In this document: piece by piece, positions 11,378-24,102 of the stretch
How positions within the stretch are numbered: the first letter of the stretch is position 1
How the letters are laid out: each line of letters opens with the position of its first letter
Source of the DNA: Chiloscyllium plagiosum
Taxonomy: Eukaryota
Direction of reading: 5' to 3'
DNA: 64,000 bases
NCBI RefSeq assembly: GCF_004010195.1
Contig: NC_057755.1
Span: forward strand, 7,930,676 to 7,994,675
Made by a program: the position numbers and the translations under genes
The notes under the pieces: model-generated
What the model was told of the DNA's origin: nothing
What the model saw: only the letters and a program-made list of their open reading frames with translations
Database searches by the model: none

Positions 11378-11540
11378 GGCCAGAAGCTGGAATAACCAGC
11401 AAGCCAGGCAACATCAGGAGGTGCACTGGAGAAGGGTTAACTTCAACTTCTCCATCTCCTGATGCTGCCTGGCTTGCTGTATTCTTCCAGCCTCCTGCCT
11501 GTCTATTTTGGATTACAGCTTCTGCAGTTTTGATTTTGCC
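11378..11540. mobile_element. Decayed palindromic Neptune-derived miniature element
   Basis: CAGCAAGCCAGGCAACATCAGGAG / CTCCTGATGCTGCCTGGCTTGCTG inverted arms; same style as 18276-18493. Confidence 0.6.
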
Positions 11541-12659
11541 TTAGAAAAACCCTATTACCGAACAGAAAGGAAAACAATGCAGTAAAGACGAATGATGTGC
11601 AACATAATCTGAAAAAATCACTTCTCTCATTGGTCTATCAATGAGACTAGAGTGCAAATGGCAGAGCTAACATATCTCCTCAATGTTACAAATACATTTC
11701 AAAATACTTTTGGACTCTGAATACTACATACAATGTATAATTATGTTTTTTCATTTCCAGAGCCATCTAACATCATTTCATTCAATACAGCTGGACACAT
11801 CTCAGGTGCAATACTCAGCAAGAACAAATCAAGTTTTAAATTGCTTTTAATTCCCTGTACTTGATTATCTGAGCAGAACACTTTCCGTGATTACATTAAA
11901 GCTGAGGTAGAATTCCTTACGAGTAAACCTTCCATTAGAAATCATTCTCGTTCTTGTCATGTGACAAATATTTCACGTTTGCTAATATGAACTTGCTGCA
12001 AGATTCTAAAACTACAATGCACGAGAAATTAAAAGTCTTTTGTTGGGTAAATATGAAAGAAGGACTGAGTTATTTGATTGGAATCTCCATTACCAGTGTT
12101 GAAATACGTTGTGTAATTTACAAATGGTCAGAGGCCTTCGTCAAATTAGTCAAATATTAACAATCAAATAATCAACTGCAAGAAATTGGGAGCAATGTAC
12201 TGCTTTGGCTCAATTCCCTGACTTCTGTAAGCTTAACTCTTGAAATCTGTTTTTGTAACGTTATGCCCATGTGTTTGTTTTTGTTATGAAGATAGCTAAC
12301 ACTCTTGTGACTTGAATAATACCAAACTGTCATAATTTAAAATCTAAACACATAATTATTTCAAATTCATGGTTGAGAAATCCTGCAATGTTGAGAGGAA
12401 AAGGAAACAGTGAGGGTGGAGTGGTGGAGACAGACATTTGGAAAACAATTGAAGTGGAACACATACGTGCGAGTCAAACTAGATATATGCTGTGGATTGA
12501 ACTCAGACACACTGATGGGATTGCAAATTTACAGTTCAGGAAATGCTTTCTGATGTCTAACTGATTTCAAGTCGACAAATTATATTGTTGTAATTGGGGA
12601 GATCACTAATATGCTTGGAATCGTGAACTGCAATTGCACTTTATGTCGGGCGGAATGCT

Positions 12660-13533
12660 TTGATTTGATTTTTTAATATTTTTAACCAAAGTCAAAACAT
12701 ATGTCCAAGGAATGTAGCTTGCGTCACTGTATAGATGCAAATGTTTATACAAGACTTCAAGTACGTCAACATATACCTGATGAAGTGGCAATATATGCAG
12801 GGGCTGTATAGTCAAATCGGGAACGCTTGAGCAGAGTCCATTGGCTTACCACCGAGGTTGGACTTAGTAATACGAAATTTCCCGACACAACGAATAGTAC
12901 ATTAATAGATTTCCTTCGGCTCTGCATCCCAGCATCTCGTGCATTCCCAGTCTTAACAGCATGTAGTCTCCTGCGGGTCTTATTGGTTACAATAATGCAC
13001 CGGCCTGTTAAACAGTTAAATCGTAATATAAAAGCAAAAGAAATAAATGAAATAAGAACACTTTGCACATTAAAGTAAGCTCTACCTGCAGCTACTATGA
13101 AAAAAGCCACACTCGGATGGAAACACCAAGATATGTTGTTAATTATTTGTTTATGTTCATATGCAAACCAAAAAGGGATGGTCTCGAAATACATTAATAT
13201 AGACACAATGAATATGACAATTAATGCCGTCTTGAATATGCAATATTTTGTTTTCAGTTTCTGACAACAAATAGCTGCACAACTATCAAATGTGAAAGAG
13301 AATGTAACGCACTGAGCTCGAGATGGCAGAACTCAAGTATAGCAAAAATCTACAAACGACAGTGTAGGAGTGGAATGAATGCAGGAAACATTTGCTGAAA
13401 ATCTGCAACGCAATTCTATGAAAGAGGGTGACCAGCAGATCTACTGTCGCCATGGCTACCATGAAGATGGAAATCGATTTGGAGAGACCACAATGCCTTC
13501 TGCGTAGGGTCACAATTTTCAATAGGTTTACAT
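12660..13533 (-). pseudogene. gpr139-like: GPR139/GPR142-like class A GPCR main coding exon, disrupted
   Basis: VNLLKIVTLRRRHCGLSKSISIFMVAMATVDLLV; FTFDSCAAICCQKLKTKYC; FNCLT; MQSRRKSINVLFVVSGNF; SCINICIYTVTQ. Pyrimidine tract and AG acceptor at 13534-13535; frameshift near 13305, stop/frameshift near 12766, DRF decayed to DSC. Confidence 0.88.
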
Positions 13534-13599
13534 CTAAAAAAAGAGAGGTAAGGAAGAAGGCGCCAGATACATCATCTTGGATAATATGCGGCAATCTGT

Positions 13600-14085
13600 C
13601 ATAGAGTCATACAGCATGGATACAAACCCTTTGGTCCAACTCATCCAATCTAATCTAATCGATTCCCATTTGCCAGCATTTGGCCGATATTTCCTCTAAA
13701 ACCGTCCTATTCATGTACCCATCCAGATGCGTTTTAAATGCGTAATTGTAACCACGTTCTCCAGCTCGTCTGGCAGTTCATTCTCCAAACGGACTACCAT
13801 CTGCCTGAAAAGGTTAACCCTTACATCCATTTCAAATCATTCCCATCTCACCTTAAATCTATGCTGTCTGGTTTTGGACTCCCCTATCATGGGAAGAAGA
13901 ACCTGTCTATTTACCCTATCCATGCCCTCATCATTCCACAAAGCTCTTTCGGGTCACCCCTCAGCTGCTGCAGGGAGAACAGCTCCAGCCTATTCAGCCT
14001 TTTCCTGAAGCTCAAAACCCCCCAACTCTGGCAACATTCTTGTAAATGTTTTATGAGCCCTTTCAAGTTTCACAATATCTTTCCT
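13600..14085 (-). mobile_element. CR1-type LINE 3' fragment
   Basis: CATAGAGTCATACAGCATGG tail; reverse complement of the RLGLFSL region. Confidence 0.85.
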
Positions 14086-14967
14086 GCGGGTCAGAATCAA
14101 ATGTTTTTATGATCTGAATGAGAATTCAGTGAACGTTTTTCCTCTCTGATATAGGCAACTTTAAATTGTACTTCTTTCAATGTTGATAAATCAATTCTGG
14201 CGGAATACCCTTCAAGTGTATTTAATTCAGCGAGTAACGTTATTGTTTGATTTTGGAATGGTAATTGTTAAATTAAAATTGAAATAATTCATCTGCCATC
14301 TGCTTTTCCATAGCTATCACATTTTGACGCAAGTCAGGATTCATTTTGTGAACCGTAGTGAAAGGCAAATAGCCAACAGGGAGATCTATAGTTTACCGTT
14401 GTATCTGACCATTTGCCTAATCAAGAACTAAAGGCGTTTCATGATGCATTATAAAGTAGAGCGAGTCGTGTAAACACATTCATACAAGTGACTTTTACAT
14501 CATCAAAACATGCAGTTTGTGGAATGTCTTGAAATTAGGGGTTGGTTGTGTGTGTGTGTGGGGGGGGGGGGGGGTGGAGTGGCTGGTGGTGGTTATTGAT
14601 GACTGAGAGTTTTCTGTTGGCAGTCGCAGAGGTTAGGGCCTGGGCAGCGAAACTCGACCCAATCAAATCGCGATTTTCCCAAATGAAACAATTAGATTAC
14701 CAAATGTGGTTACAGTTTATGGTACAACAGGAAGTCTTGTATTGACAATGGGAGAGTCGTGGGTGGGTTAGCTTGCAAACCACATTAATGAACATTTCCG
14801 AGGTCCTGTTGATTGTCTGGATGTGTGATCAGAAGCTCATTTTTGTGGGAAACATGACTGACTTTCCAGGCAGCTGAGTGTAGACATAGAGAATTGGCCT
14901 GCAAGAAAATCGCAAGGAAACTGAGTGAAGATGTGGATCCATGGAAAACTGCTGTTGTATGTCCAGT

Positions 14968-15238
14968 TTAGATTAGATTACATTACAGTGTGGAAACAGA
15001 CCCTTCGGCCCAACAAGTCCACACCGACCCGCAACCCACCCATACCCCTACGGGAAATTTAGCATGACCAATTCACCTGACCTGCACATCTCTGGTGGGA
15101 GGAAACCGGAGCACCCGGAGGAAACCCACGCAGTAACGGGGAGAACTTGCAAACTCCACGCAGTCAGCCACCTGAGTCGGGAATTGAACCCGGGCCTCAG
15201 GCTCTGTGAGGCAGCAGTGTTAACCACTGTGCCACCGT
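14968..15238 (-). mobile_element. HE1-type SINE
   Basis: (AGATT)n tail, conserved core, tRNA-like head (GGTTCAATTCCC B box on minus). Confidence 0.92.
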
Positions 15239-16569
15239 ACAGTGGTTGTAGTAATTGAGCAGTTGGTTCTGGTCATTTTAACAAAGGTGACAAAACGGGA
15301 GATGGGGTTTCCAGAAAGAACAAGGTGCCATCTGTAAATGTTTGGTGTAATATTATGTAATGTCGAAAAAGGACATTATCCAGATGAGAAACATGAAGAA
15401 GGTAAGGATTAGTGCCAGAAGTAAATTAGCAGAACATGTTTTGAGACTCTTGTCATTGATGTTATGGAAATGACTAGATGTATAATAAGCAAATCAGCTG
15501 CAGAGCAATTGAAAACATTCGTAAGCGAAGCTATAATCAAGAAGGAGGAACACGCAGATTTAACATTTTACAGCAGTGAGAATTTAATCTTTCCTTTTCA
15601 TAGGACTCATATTGGTGGTCCGGCAGCAGGGGATTTTTTTTTAAACAGATGTGCAAACATGGAATTCCAGGAAACATGGACAGATAACGGAGGCAACAGC
15701 TCATTCAAAGATATATTCAAATAAAGCAGAGTATGGGAAAACAGAAGTAATTTGCAAGGACAGTGGGCCTCAAGGTTTTTATGTCAGGTAAAGGGTACAA
15801 ATGAGGCAAAGGGGCATAATTCATAAAATAGCACAGACAACCCTCTCTGAGAGAGAGTGACAATTACCTGGACACAGTTTGAGGGTCACTTCTCCACAGA
15901 ATCATGTTCTCAGTGGAAGGAGCTCTCCATCAGCTACCGCAGTTAATATGATGGCATTATTGTGCGTCACATGAGAGCCAATTATGGAATGGACATTGCC
16001 AGTTCGGATGGAAGAGGGCCGACGATGGAAGATTTAAAGGAGGAAGGCAGAGACGTTTAACAATCTCAGCTCACGTGTGGAACAGAAAGAAAGGCCGGGT
16101 AACCGGAAATTTAGTCAGAATGAAAAACGAGAAAGGAAGATATAGGACTCATGCGCAAGGCATTTTTTAATGGCGGAATGTTGGAGAAGGGAGGAAACTG
16201 TGGGAGCCCAAGTTAAGGCAATTAAATTTATTGGAAGTGCAATTGTCTTGGAATTGGTTGAATACATCTTGTTTTCCAAATGTTCAATGTAACGTATTAA
16301 TTTTTCGATGTCAATTCAAGAAACGAATTGCTTTACATATACCTGAAAACATAATCCATTGCCGTATTCAGACCAAATGTAACCGAACATGCAACATGCA
16401 TATTATAGACCATTGAGCTAATGATGGGCGGTTCCATTGCGGGACCTTGCGGTAACTATACGTTTTATACTTGAGTCCTATAGTTTATTTGGAGATGAGA
16501 ATCACAGGAACGACTGCATTTAACATAATTCTCAACCAGCACGAGAAAGTTGTCAATTCATTAAGATGA

Positions 16570-17040
16570 GAAAAGATTTACAGGGATGTTGCCAGGACTG
16601 GAGGATTTGAGCTATAGGGAGAGGTTAAATAGGCTGGGGCTGTTTTCCCTGGAGCATCGGACGCTGAGGGGTGACCTTATCGAGGTTTCTAAAATCATGA
16701 GGGGCATGGAATAGGGTACATAGACAAAGTCTCTTCCCTGGGGTGGGGAGTCCAGAACTAGACAGCATAGGTTTAGGGTGACAGGGGAAAGATATAAAAG
16801 AGACCTAAGGGGCAACCTTTTCACTCAGAGGGTGGTACGTGAATGGAATGAGCTACCAGAGGGAATGGTGGAGGCTGATACAATTCCAACATTTAAAAGG
16901 CATATGAATAAGAAGGTTTTGGACGGATATGGGCTGGGTGCTGGCAGGTGGGACTAGAATGGGTTGGGATATCTGGTCGGCATGGGTGATTTGGACCGAA
17001 GAGTCTGTTTCCATGCTGTACATCTCTGTGACTGTATGAG
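16570..17040 (+). mobile_element. CR1-type LINE 3' fragment, well preserved
   Basis: RFTGMLPGLEDLSYRERLNRLGLFSLE..RLRGDLIEV; standard tail. Confidence 0.92.
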
Positions 17041-17544
17041 AGACGAACATTCACTAGCATTTCAAAATGGGAGATTTTCGCAGTTGCAATTAATCAAAAG
17101 TAACAGGCTGCGAGTGGAATGATAGAGATTCGTTCCAGGAAAAGGCTTCAAACAACAAAAACAATTGAAGAATTGTCACTGGACCCGACACATTAATTCT
17201 GATTCCTCTTCACAGATGCTCCCAGGCCCGCAGAGTTTTTCCAGAAATTTATGCTTTTTTTCTGATTTACAACATCCGCAGTTCTTTCATTTTTGTTTTG
17301 TTCAACAAAAATAACATTATCATTCAAAATCTTCTGCAGATTGTACATGTCTCCAGTCAACAAAACAATTTAAGTCATCAAGGCTGAAACAAAGCAATGA
17401 ACTAACAGAAACCACGCCACCACTTTCTGGAGACCAATCATGGGAAACAATCAAATTTGCCCTATTCAGCAATTCCTACATCTCCTCGATCAATAAACAA
17501 CGCATTGCTTGCTGATAAATGATTAGCAATTGGAATTAAAACCG

Positions 17545-17635
17545 GAATTGGTGGAGGAACTTAGCTGCTTTGGCAACATCTGTGGAGATAAAAATGAGTT
17601 AACGTTTCCGATCCAGTGACGCTTCATCAGAGCGG
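17545..17635 (-). mobile_element. Penelope-derived miniature with hammerhead core (a more decayed plus-strand relative lies at 17160-17290)
   Basis: Minus strand reads CUGAUGA-AGCGUCACUGGAUCG-GAAA-CGUUA followed by ...CUCCACAGAUGUUGCC. Confidence 0.55.
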
Positions 17636-18275
17636 ACCACCGCTGTGCATTGTACAGTTTGGCGATGAGAGGAGGTGAGGGAGCTGATAGAAAGGAGCAA
17701 GCTGATAGGTTGAGACGAAGCATATATACAGCATAGGAGAGAAATGTTAGGCAGACAAATGAATTCTCGACAGCAAATCATTAAAAAATGTTTATTTATT
17801 AACTATTGGACTTATAAGGAATCAGCATTATCTCATATTATGAGTATTCTGCAATGTTTAACATTGAATTCTCTCAATGCAGTGATCAACAGAGCTTTCA
17901 TCAGCTGCAAGAACTCAAGATTTAACCATTGTCAGTTACCAAGATATCCTTCCAGATAAATTACTCTTTAAGAAGGATATTCACATACTCTGCAACATAA
18001 TCAAGAACAGTGAGATAACCAGAAGCTATTCTATAGCAGGGTATACTTACAAACCGGGAGTACGAACTGCGACTAGCAAGGGATAGTAAATGTTCTTCGT
18101 TTGTGGGATAAATGGTCTTTCCATTCTTTCGGAACATCTTTGCTTGCTGCTCTGCCTTGTTTCTTAGTAAAAACAAATCTTTTCGAAAATTCTCAATGTT
18201 CCTTTCCATTTTATAGCACAACTCAGGCTGACGCGAAAGGAATAACTTGGATCCCGCTTGTATAACCTTTCCATC

Positions 18276-18493
18276 AGGGAGGAGAAAGTGAGGGCTGCAG
18301 ATGCTCGAGATCAGATCTGAAAATGTGTTGCTGGAAAAGCGCAGCATGTCAGGCAGCATCCAAGGAACAGGAGAATCGACGTTTCGGGCACAAGCCAGAT
18401 TCCTGAAGAAGGCTTATGCCCGAAACGTCGATTCTCCTGTTCCTTGGATGCTGCCTGACCTGCTGCGCTTTTCCAGCAACACATTTTCAGCTC
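18276..18493. mobile_element. Young palindromic Neptune-derived non-autonomous element with hammerhead core
   Basis: ~80-bp arms 18317-18396 / 18411-18490; CUGAAGA..GGCUUAUGCC..GAAACGUC at 18403-18429; 13-bp TSD TAACCTTTCCATC at 18263-18275 and 18494-18506. Confidence 0.9.
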
Positions 18494-19049
18494 TAACCTT
18501 TCCATCTGTTACAGTCACTTAGCAAACAATGAACAATTTTCCGTTTCACTTAATCCAGAATGGCAATGGAGAAGTTGAGAATTGTGTTATGAAAATTCAT
18601 CAGAAATATATGTCCCAGAGGATATGTGTCTCATGCATGTCGATAATCGAATACATGCAAGTTAGTGTTGTAGATAATTAGTGCTGACCATGCAAACAAG
18701 AGATTGCCTATTTTAAGTCTAGCATGATGCAGTGTGAGAGATCTAACTGATAATTCTATAGAAAAATATTTCCTATGGAAGGCTGAATATAATATTACAT
18801 AAAAGTACCTTAAGTTTAACAGTACTGTTGTTTACTTTGAAACAATGACAGTAAAGATAAAAGCTGCAAACACGTAGGTTTGGGATCGATTTAACAAACT
18901 ATCAATAGCGCTTTAAAGATGTGACTGTGGACGAACAATGGACACCACTAAAATAACAGTGACTTGATTTTAGAAACGTAAACATTTTTTAAGGCACAGT
19001 CAAGTCACCGAGATACAAGAAGGTGGCACGTCAATGAACACCAAGCATA

Positions 19050-21400
19050 GGGAAGAAAATGGTAACATATTATTTCCACGAGCAAAAGTAAACCTCAGAC
19101 ATCAACAGATTGTGGGAATTCAGAGTACGGATGGAGTAAAGCTTAATGTAAAACAATATACTGCAGTATGACTTTTAAAAAAATGTATGTTTCTGTAAGG
19201 TATGTAAATAGAGAATAGCAGGTGAAGGTGTACACAGAAGTATGAGTAAAATGTTAGTAGAGATTGAGAATTAATAGAATGGTAGACGAGGAGTAAAAGT
19301 CAAATTTCAATTTTGGGGCAACAGGCGAATAAATACATGGGACTCTGAGACAACCATTTATTGTCTGAGTGAGAAGGTAGCATTGAGTGTGAGTTAACCA
19401 TGTAGCCAGATGACAAAGGTGATGTGTTTGGAGAAAACACAATGAAGTGATAAAAGAAGATGGACGGATTGCTTGAGTGATCCAAAAGATGGAATATAAT
19501 GGCAAACTGCAAAAGAAAACTACTTCAGCAGTGGAATTGTAAAACAAAGACAGAATAGAATATATTTTGAAATGTGAAAGCCTGAGATATATTTGGGCGA
19601 TACCTGAAAGAAGATAAGTTAACAACAAGCAAAAATGTTAATTGGCTATGTGAAACGATGTGGAACTTTTTTTTATAGAAGGATTACACCAGTAAAGCAC
19701 TCGGCATCAGTGAGACGACAGCGGGCATTAATAAATCATATATGGAATGTGGCCTGTGGTTTGTCTCTTGTCTGAGAAAGTGTATTATTGTCTCAGCAAT
19801 ACATCTCCACTGGAAGCAGGCGATAGTGTGTGAAGTGATATTGTTGACTGAGGTTCAGCTGAAAGTCCTATTTTTGAAAATGCATTATCAATAAAATGAT
19901 TTAAACCCCATAAACTTCAGCTGAAAGTGTAAAGGAATCCACGGTGGGAGGAATTACGCTCACAGCTCGAACATAAATAGATTAGATTCCCTACATCATG
20001 GACACAAGCTGTTCGGCCCAATAAGTCCACACGACCCTCCAAAGAGTAACCCACACAGACCAATTCCAATATGGATAGACCAGGACAGAATCTGATCAAA
20101 GATAACGTTAAGATGCTTGACACTGATGATTTCAATGATGACCGTCACGGGGTGATGCTTAGATTCTCGGTCAGTGATCGTCAATGCATGGCAAATGCGT
20201 GGCACGATTATGGTCACAGGTTAGAAAAAGTAATGAACGACATCTTAAAGGTTTGATTTCCTGGAATTTCAGACGGGATTTCATAATAGAAAAGCAAAGT
20301 TGCAGGCAGCAATATGAAAAAAGTATTTTTAAAAAAAGGTAGAAAGGGGAGGATATGTGTGATATATCCACAAAGGAGGATACACACGTTCACAAAATGA
20401 TATTACCCATTTTGCAAGAACTCAGGGAGTGGAATTGTGCACATTGGTTGTAAGTTCCTGGTAAGTTGAAAACAAAACAAGAATACAAATACAGTAATAT
20501 TATGAGTCCTTACATGATTTATATAGAGTCAGTGAAATTGCATGAATACTCTACTTCAGATTTTAAATATACAACACTATTAACCAGCCTGTGACAATCC
20601 AATGGTGCAGCTGCTAGCGTTTGGAAATTCCAGATTGATATTTCGGAGACTGAGATGGAACAGCTCAATTGAGTATTAGTAGGAAAGCTTATGTTTGTGG
20701 TGGGTGACGCAATTCAACGTATTTTAGCATAATTGTGGGGGTAAATGTGCAAAATAAAAGTTAATTTTCTGTAAGGGAAGTTCAAACGTCCTTGGCTGAG
20801 AAGCATGTGAGCTGGAAATAGCAACAATAATGGAAATCTGTGATAGTCCAAGAGGTCACTGGCAGAAAGGAAAGGAAGGAGATTTAGGCTGAACATGATC
20901 TGATCAATCAAACCCATGGAACAATAAACTCTATACTTTGCTCTACTGAGCAACTGCATTAAGGATCCAATTTCAAAGAAGCAAGAAAAATAATATCCAG
21001 CAAAGTGAACGAAATACTGCAGAAAATCAAAAATATTACAATAAGCATAAAGGTGAATTACAAAAAAAAGTTCAGGAAAGAGGAAAGAAAAGCAAACATA
21101 GATCAGGAAAACGTATGGTGAAGATACACAAAAAAAATATTCTTTGAGTTAGAACTATATAAAGTACAAGGGTAAATGAAGCAACAATTATGATCAAAGT
21201 GGCAGTCTATCTATGTATGCAGAGAATATGAGTAAGGAATATCTTGAAGACTTTGAGCTTGTCTTCACCGAAGATCAGGTCGATTATCACACTATAATTA
21301 AAATTAGAGTGAGAAATATGGGAAGAACATGTTAACAGAGGAAAACTTATTATGTTTAACTTATTGAAAAACATATACATCCCCACTTCTGAATGAATTG
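19050..21400 (+). mobile_element. Very old, heavily decayed CR1-like sequence (contains an HE1 tail fragment on minus, 19978-20067)
   Basis: Residual motifs such as GATGGACGGATTGCTTGAGTGA...ATGGAATATAATG (D.L.EW...MEYN) and purine-rich endonuclease-like stretches. Confidence 0.45.
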
Positions 21401-21635
21401 AAAGTCTGGATGGGATATCTGGTCGGCAAGGGCGAGTTGGACCGAAGGGTCTGTTTCTGTGCTGTACATCTCTATCACTCAGATGGAGACCTGGAAGAAC
21501 GAGTACGCAGAGTGAGCTTCACTTCCTGTGCTGGCTGAAAGTTTCTTCGCGGCGCCATCGTATATGTTCTACTCAGATAGGAACCTGGCATCGCTTGGGT
21601 GGAAATGGAACAATTGCACGGTGAGTACTTACTAT

Positions 21636-21990
21636 AGAACATAGAAAGTCCCATTGCACTATACGTTCTTTAGCCCTCGATGTTGCACCGACCTATAAAA
21701 CCAATCTAAAGCCTACATAACCTACACTATTCCATTATCATCCATATGCCTATCCAATGACAATTTAATTGCCCTTAAATTCAGCGGGTCTACTGCTGTT
21801 GCAGCCTTTAGTACTCTCTGAGTAAAGCAACTACTTATGACATCTGTGCCATGTCAATCAACCCTCGGGTTAAAGCTATGACCTCTGGTGCTAGCCATCA
21901 CCATCCAAAGAAAAAGGCTCTCACTGTCCACCCTACCCAATCTTCTAGTCATCTTGCATGTCTCTATTAAGTCACCTCTTAACCTTTGTT
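21636..21990 (-). mobile_element. CR1-type LINE 3' fragment
   Basis: ATAGAACATAGAA tail; reverse complement of RLRGDLIE...RVD. Confidence 0.8.
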
Positions 21991-23019
21991 AAATTGGGAC
22001 TTGTTGTATTCCATGTCCACTTTGAATGAATTGAGACGCTTAAAAGGTGAATTTAACGTTACAGGCAATGTTGTGAAGAATAAACTTAACAGACTGAAAC
22101 ACTGACTATATTTCTCTCTCCGTGGTTGGTGTCAGAGCTGCTGAGTTTCTCATGGCTGTCATGATAACCTTACCTTGGATCGAAGCAAGTTCAGGTCACC
22201 AAAATAGAATAAACAAACTGGCTGCAGTAACATTACTATTTTTTCTGAAGATATTGAAAGAAGACTTCTGAGTCAGCACCAATAAAGGTGTAAGGCCTTG
22301 CTAACTCACACCTGTATGCTAAGTTTTAATTATTAGAGAATAAAGAGCTGCATACAACTTTTCAGATTAGAAAGACAAAAAAAGCTAAATTCTGGAATAG
22401 TTAATGAGACATATTAATGTAATTTTTTGAACAACAAAAGAGGAGCGAAGAACGTGGATTCATAGCAAGGATACTCTTTTATTCTCTTGTCTGTATCTGG
22501 TGAAAGACGGAGCCCAGTGGAAAACCAATTTGGAAAACTAACTATTCAGGGAGAACTTTGAGATCTACCGATGTGAATCAGAATGAGATCAAAATTCTTG
22601 AGGGTGTGTTTATTAGTACTGTTGGGAGAAGCTCAGCAGAGGGAGAGGACACAGATTATCTGTACAATAGGGACACAGCATTTTCTGAAAAAGGAACCAA
22701 AGCAGAGAGAGTTCAGCCATGTTGAAATTCAAAGGGTCAGGTGTGGCTGAAAGGCCTGACTTTATTGCTGAGCATATCAGACGTGAGACTGATGAGTTAA
22801 GATGATTGATATACAGAACTGCGATGTCATTGCCATTACAGACACTGGATAGAGAGTGAGGCAGGACTAACATCATTTTGGGAATGGGATATTCATGCAG
22901 GACGGGGGTTGGGGGAGATGTGAAAAAAGGAGATGCTGTTGCATTATAAAGAATTCAGTTACAACAGTGAGGAGGTGCATATTCCAGAAGAGTCATGAAA
23001 GCAGTTTTTATGATTTCAC

Positions 23020-23530
23020 TGGATAGTCCAGTATTTATTGCTTGTCCGCAGTTTCCCCTTGAAAAGGTGATGGTGAGCTGCGTTGAACTTTTGCAATCTG
23101 CATGCTGCAGCTTGACCCACATAGGGAGGGAGTTCCAGGATTTGCATACAGTGATACACTTCCAAGTCAGGATAGTGAGTGGCTTGGAGGGGAACTCGAG
23201 GGTGTAAATGCTCTGTTTTATGTGTTGTCTATGTCTTTATACATGGTGGTGCTCGTTGTTCATGAAGGTGCTGTCGAAGGACCATTGGTAAATTTCTGCA
23301 GTGCATCTTGCAGAGAGTACTGAGCTTTGGTGATTAGAGGGAACGGAATCTTCTGAATATGGTGCCAATCAATCAGGCTGCTTTATCGAGGTGTCAAGCT
23401 TCTTGAGTGCTGTTGGAGCTGCACCCATCCAAATGAGGAGGGAATATTCAAACACACTCCTGACTTGTGCCTTGTCGATGGTGTTCAAGCTTTGGGGAAT
23501 CAGGTGGTGTCTTCCAACAAGAGATATTCA
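23020..23530 (-). mobile_element. Decayed LINE 3' fragment (CR1/L2 group)
   Basis: ATTTATTGC..TCC...CCCTTGA.AAGGTG.TGGTGAGCTGC pattern typical of this LINE tail in sharks. Confidence 0.6.
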
Positions 23531-23782
23531 GCTCGTCACCTTATATTTATCAATGTTTGCCCCACTCTGTTTTTGAACCTGGCGACATAATGACAGTTTT
23601 CAAATCCGCCAGTACTTCTCTCGAATGCAAGTTTTATTGTAAAATTACAACCAGTGCATCTATTGTCTGTGTAGCTGTTTTTTTTTTTGACATCCTAGGA
23701 TTCGAGCCATGAGGACCAGGGGTCTTACCTTGTTGGGACGAAAGGCATGGTTCCATACTGTGGAGAATCTAACCTGCATTCG

Positions 23783-24102
23783 TGGGCGGCACGATGTCAC
23801 AGTGGTTAGCTCTGCTATCTCACAGCACCAGAGACCTGGGTTCAATTCCCACCTCAGGCAAATACCTGTGTGGAGTTTGCATATTTCTACCCGTGTCTGC
23901 GTGGATTTCCATCGGGTGCTCCAGTTTCCTCCCACAGTCTATGACTGTGCATGTTAGGTGAATTGGCCATGCTAATTTTCCCATAGTGTTAGGTGAAGAG
24001 GTAAATGTGGAGGAATGGGTCTGGGTGGGTTGCTCTTCGGAGGGTCCGTGTGGATTGTTGGGCCAAAGGGCCTGTTTCCACATTGTACGTAATCTAATCT
24101 AA
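23783..24102 (+). mobile_element. HE1-type SINE, full length
   Basis: GGGCGGCACG..CAGTGGTTAGC A box, GGTTCAATTCCC B box, core, (TAATC)n tail. Confidence 0.93.

Noticed and set aside
19050..21400. A-rich stretch as an endogenous virus
   Set aside because: Residual CR1 motifs explain it better
23725..23778. Apparent minus-strand micro-exon (AG|VRFSTVWNHAFRPNK|GTAAG)
   Set aside because: The sequence is a diverged HE1 SINE tail (ACAGTGTGGAAACAGGCCCTTCGGCCCAACAAG)
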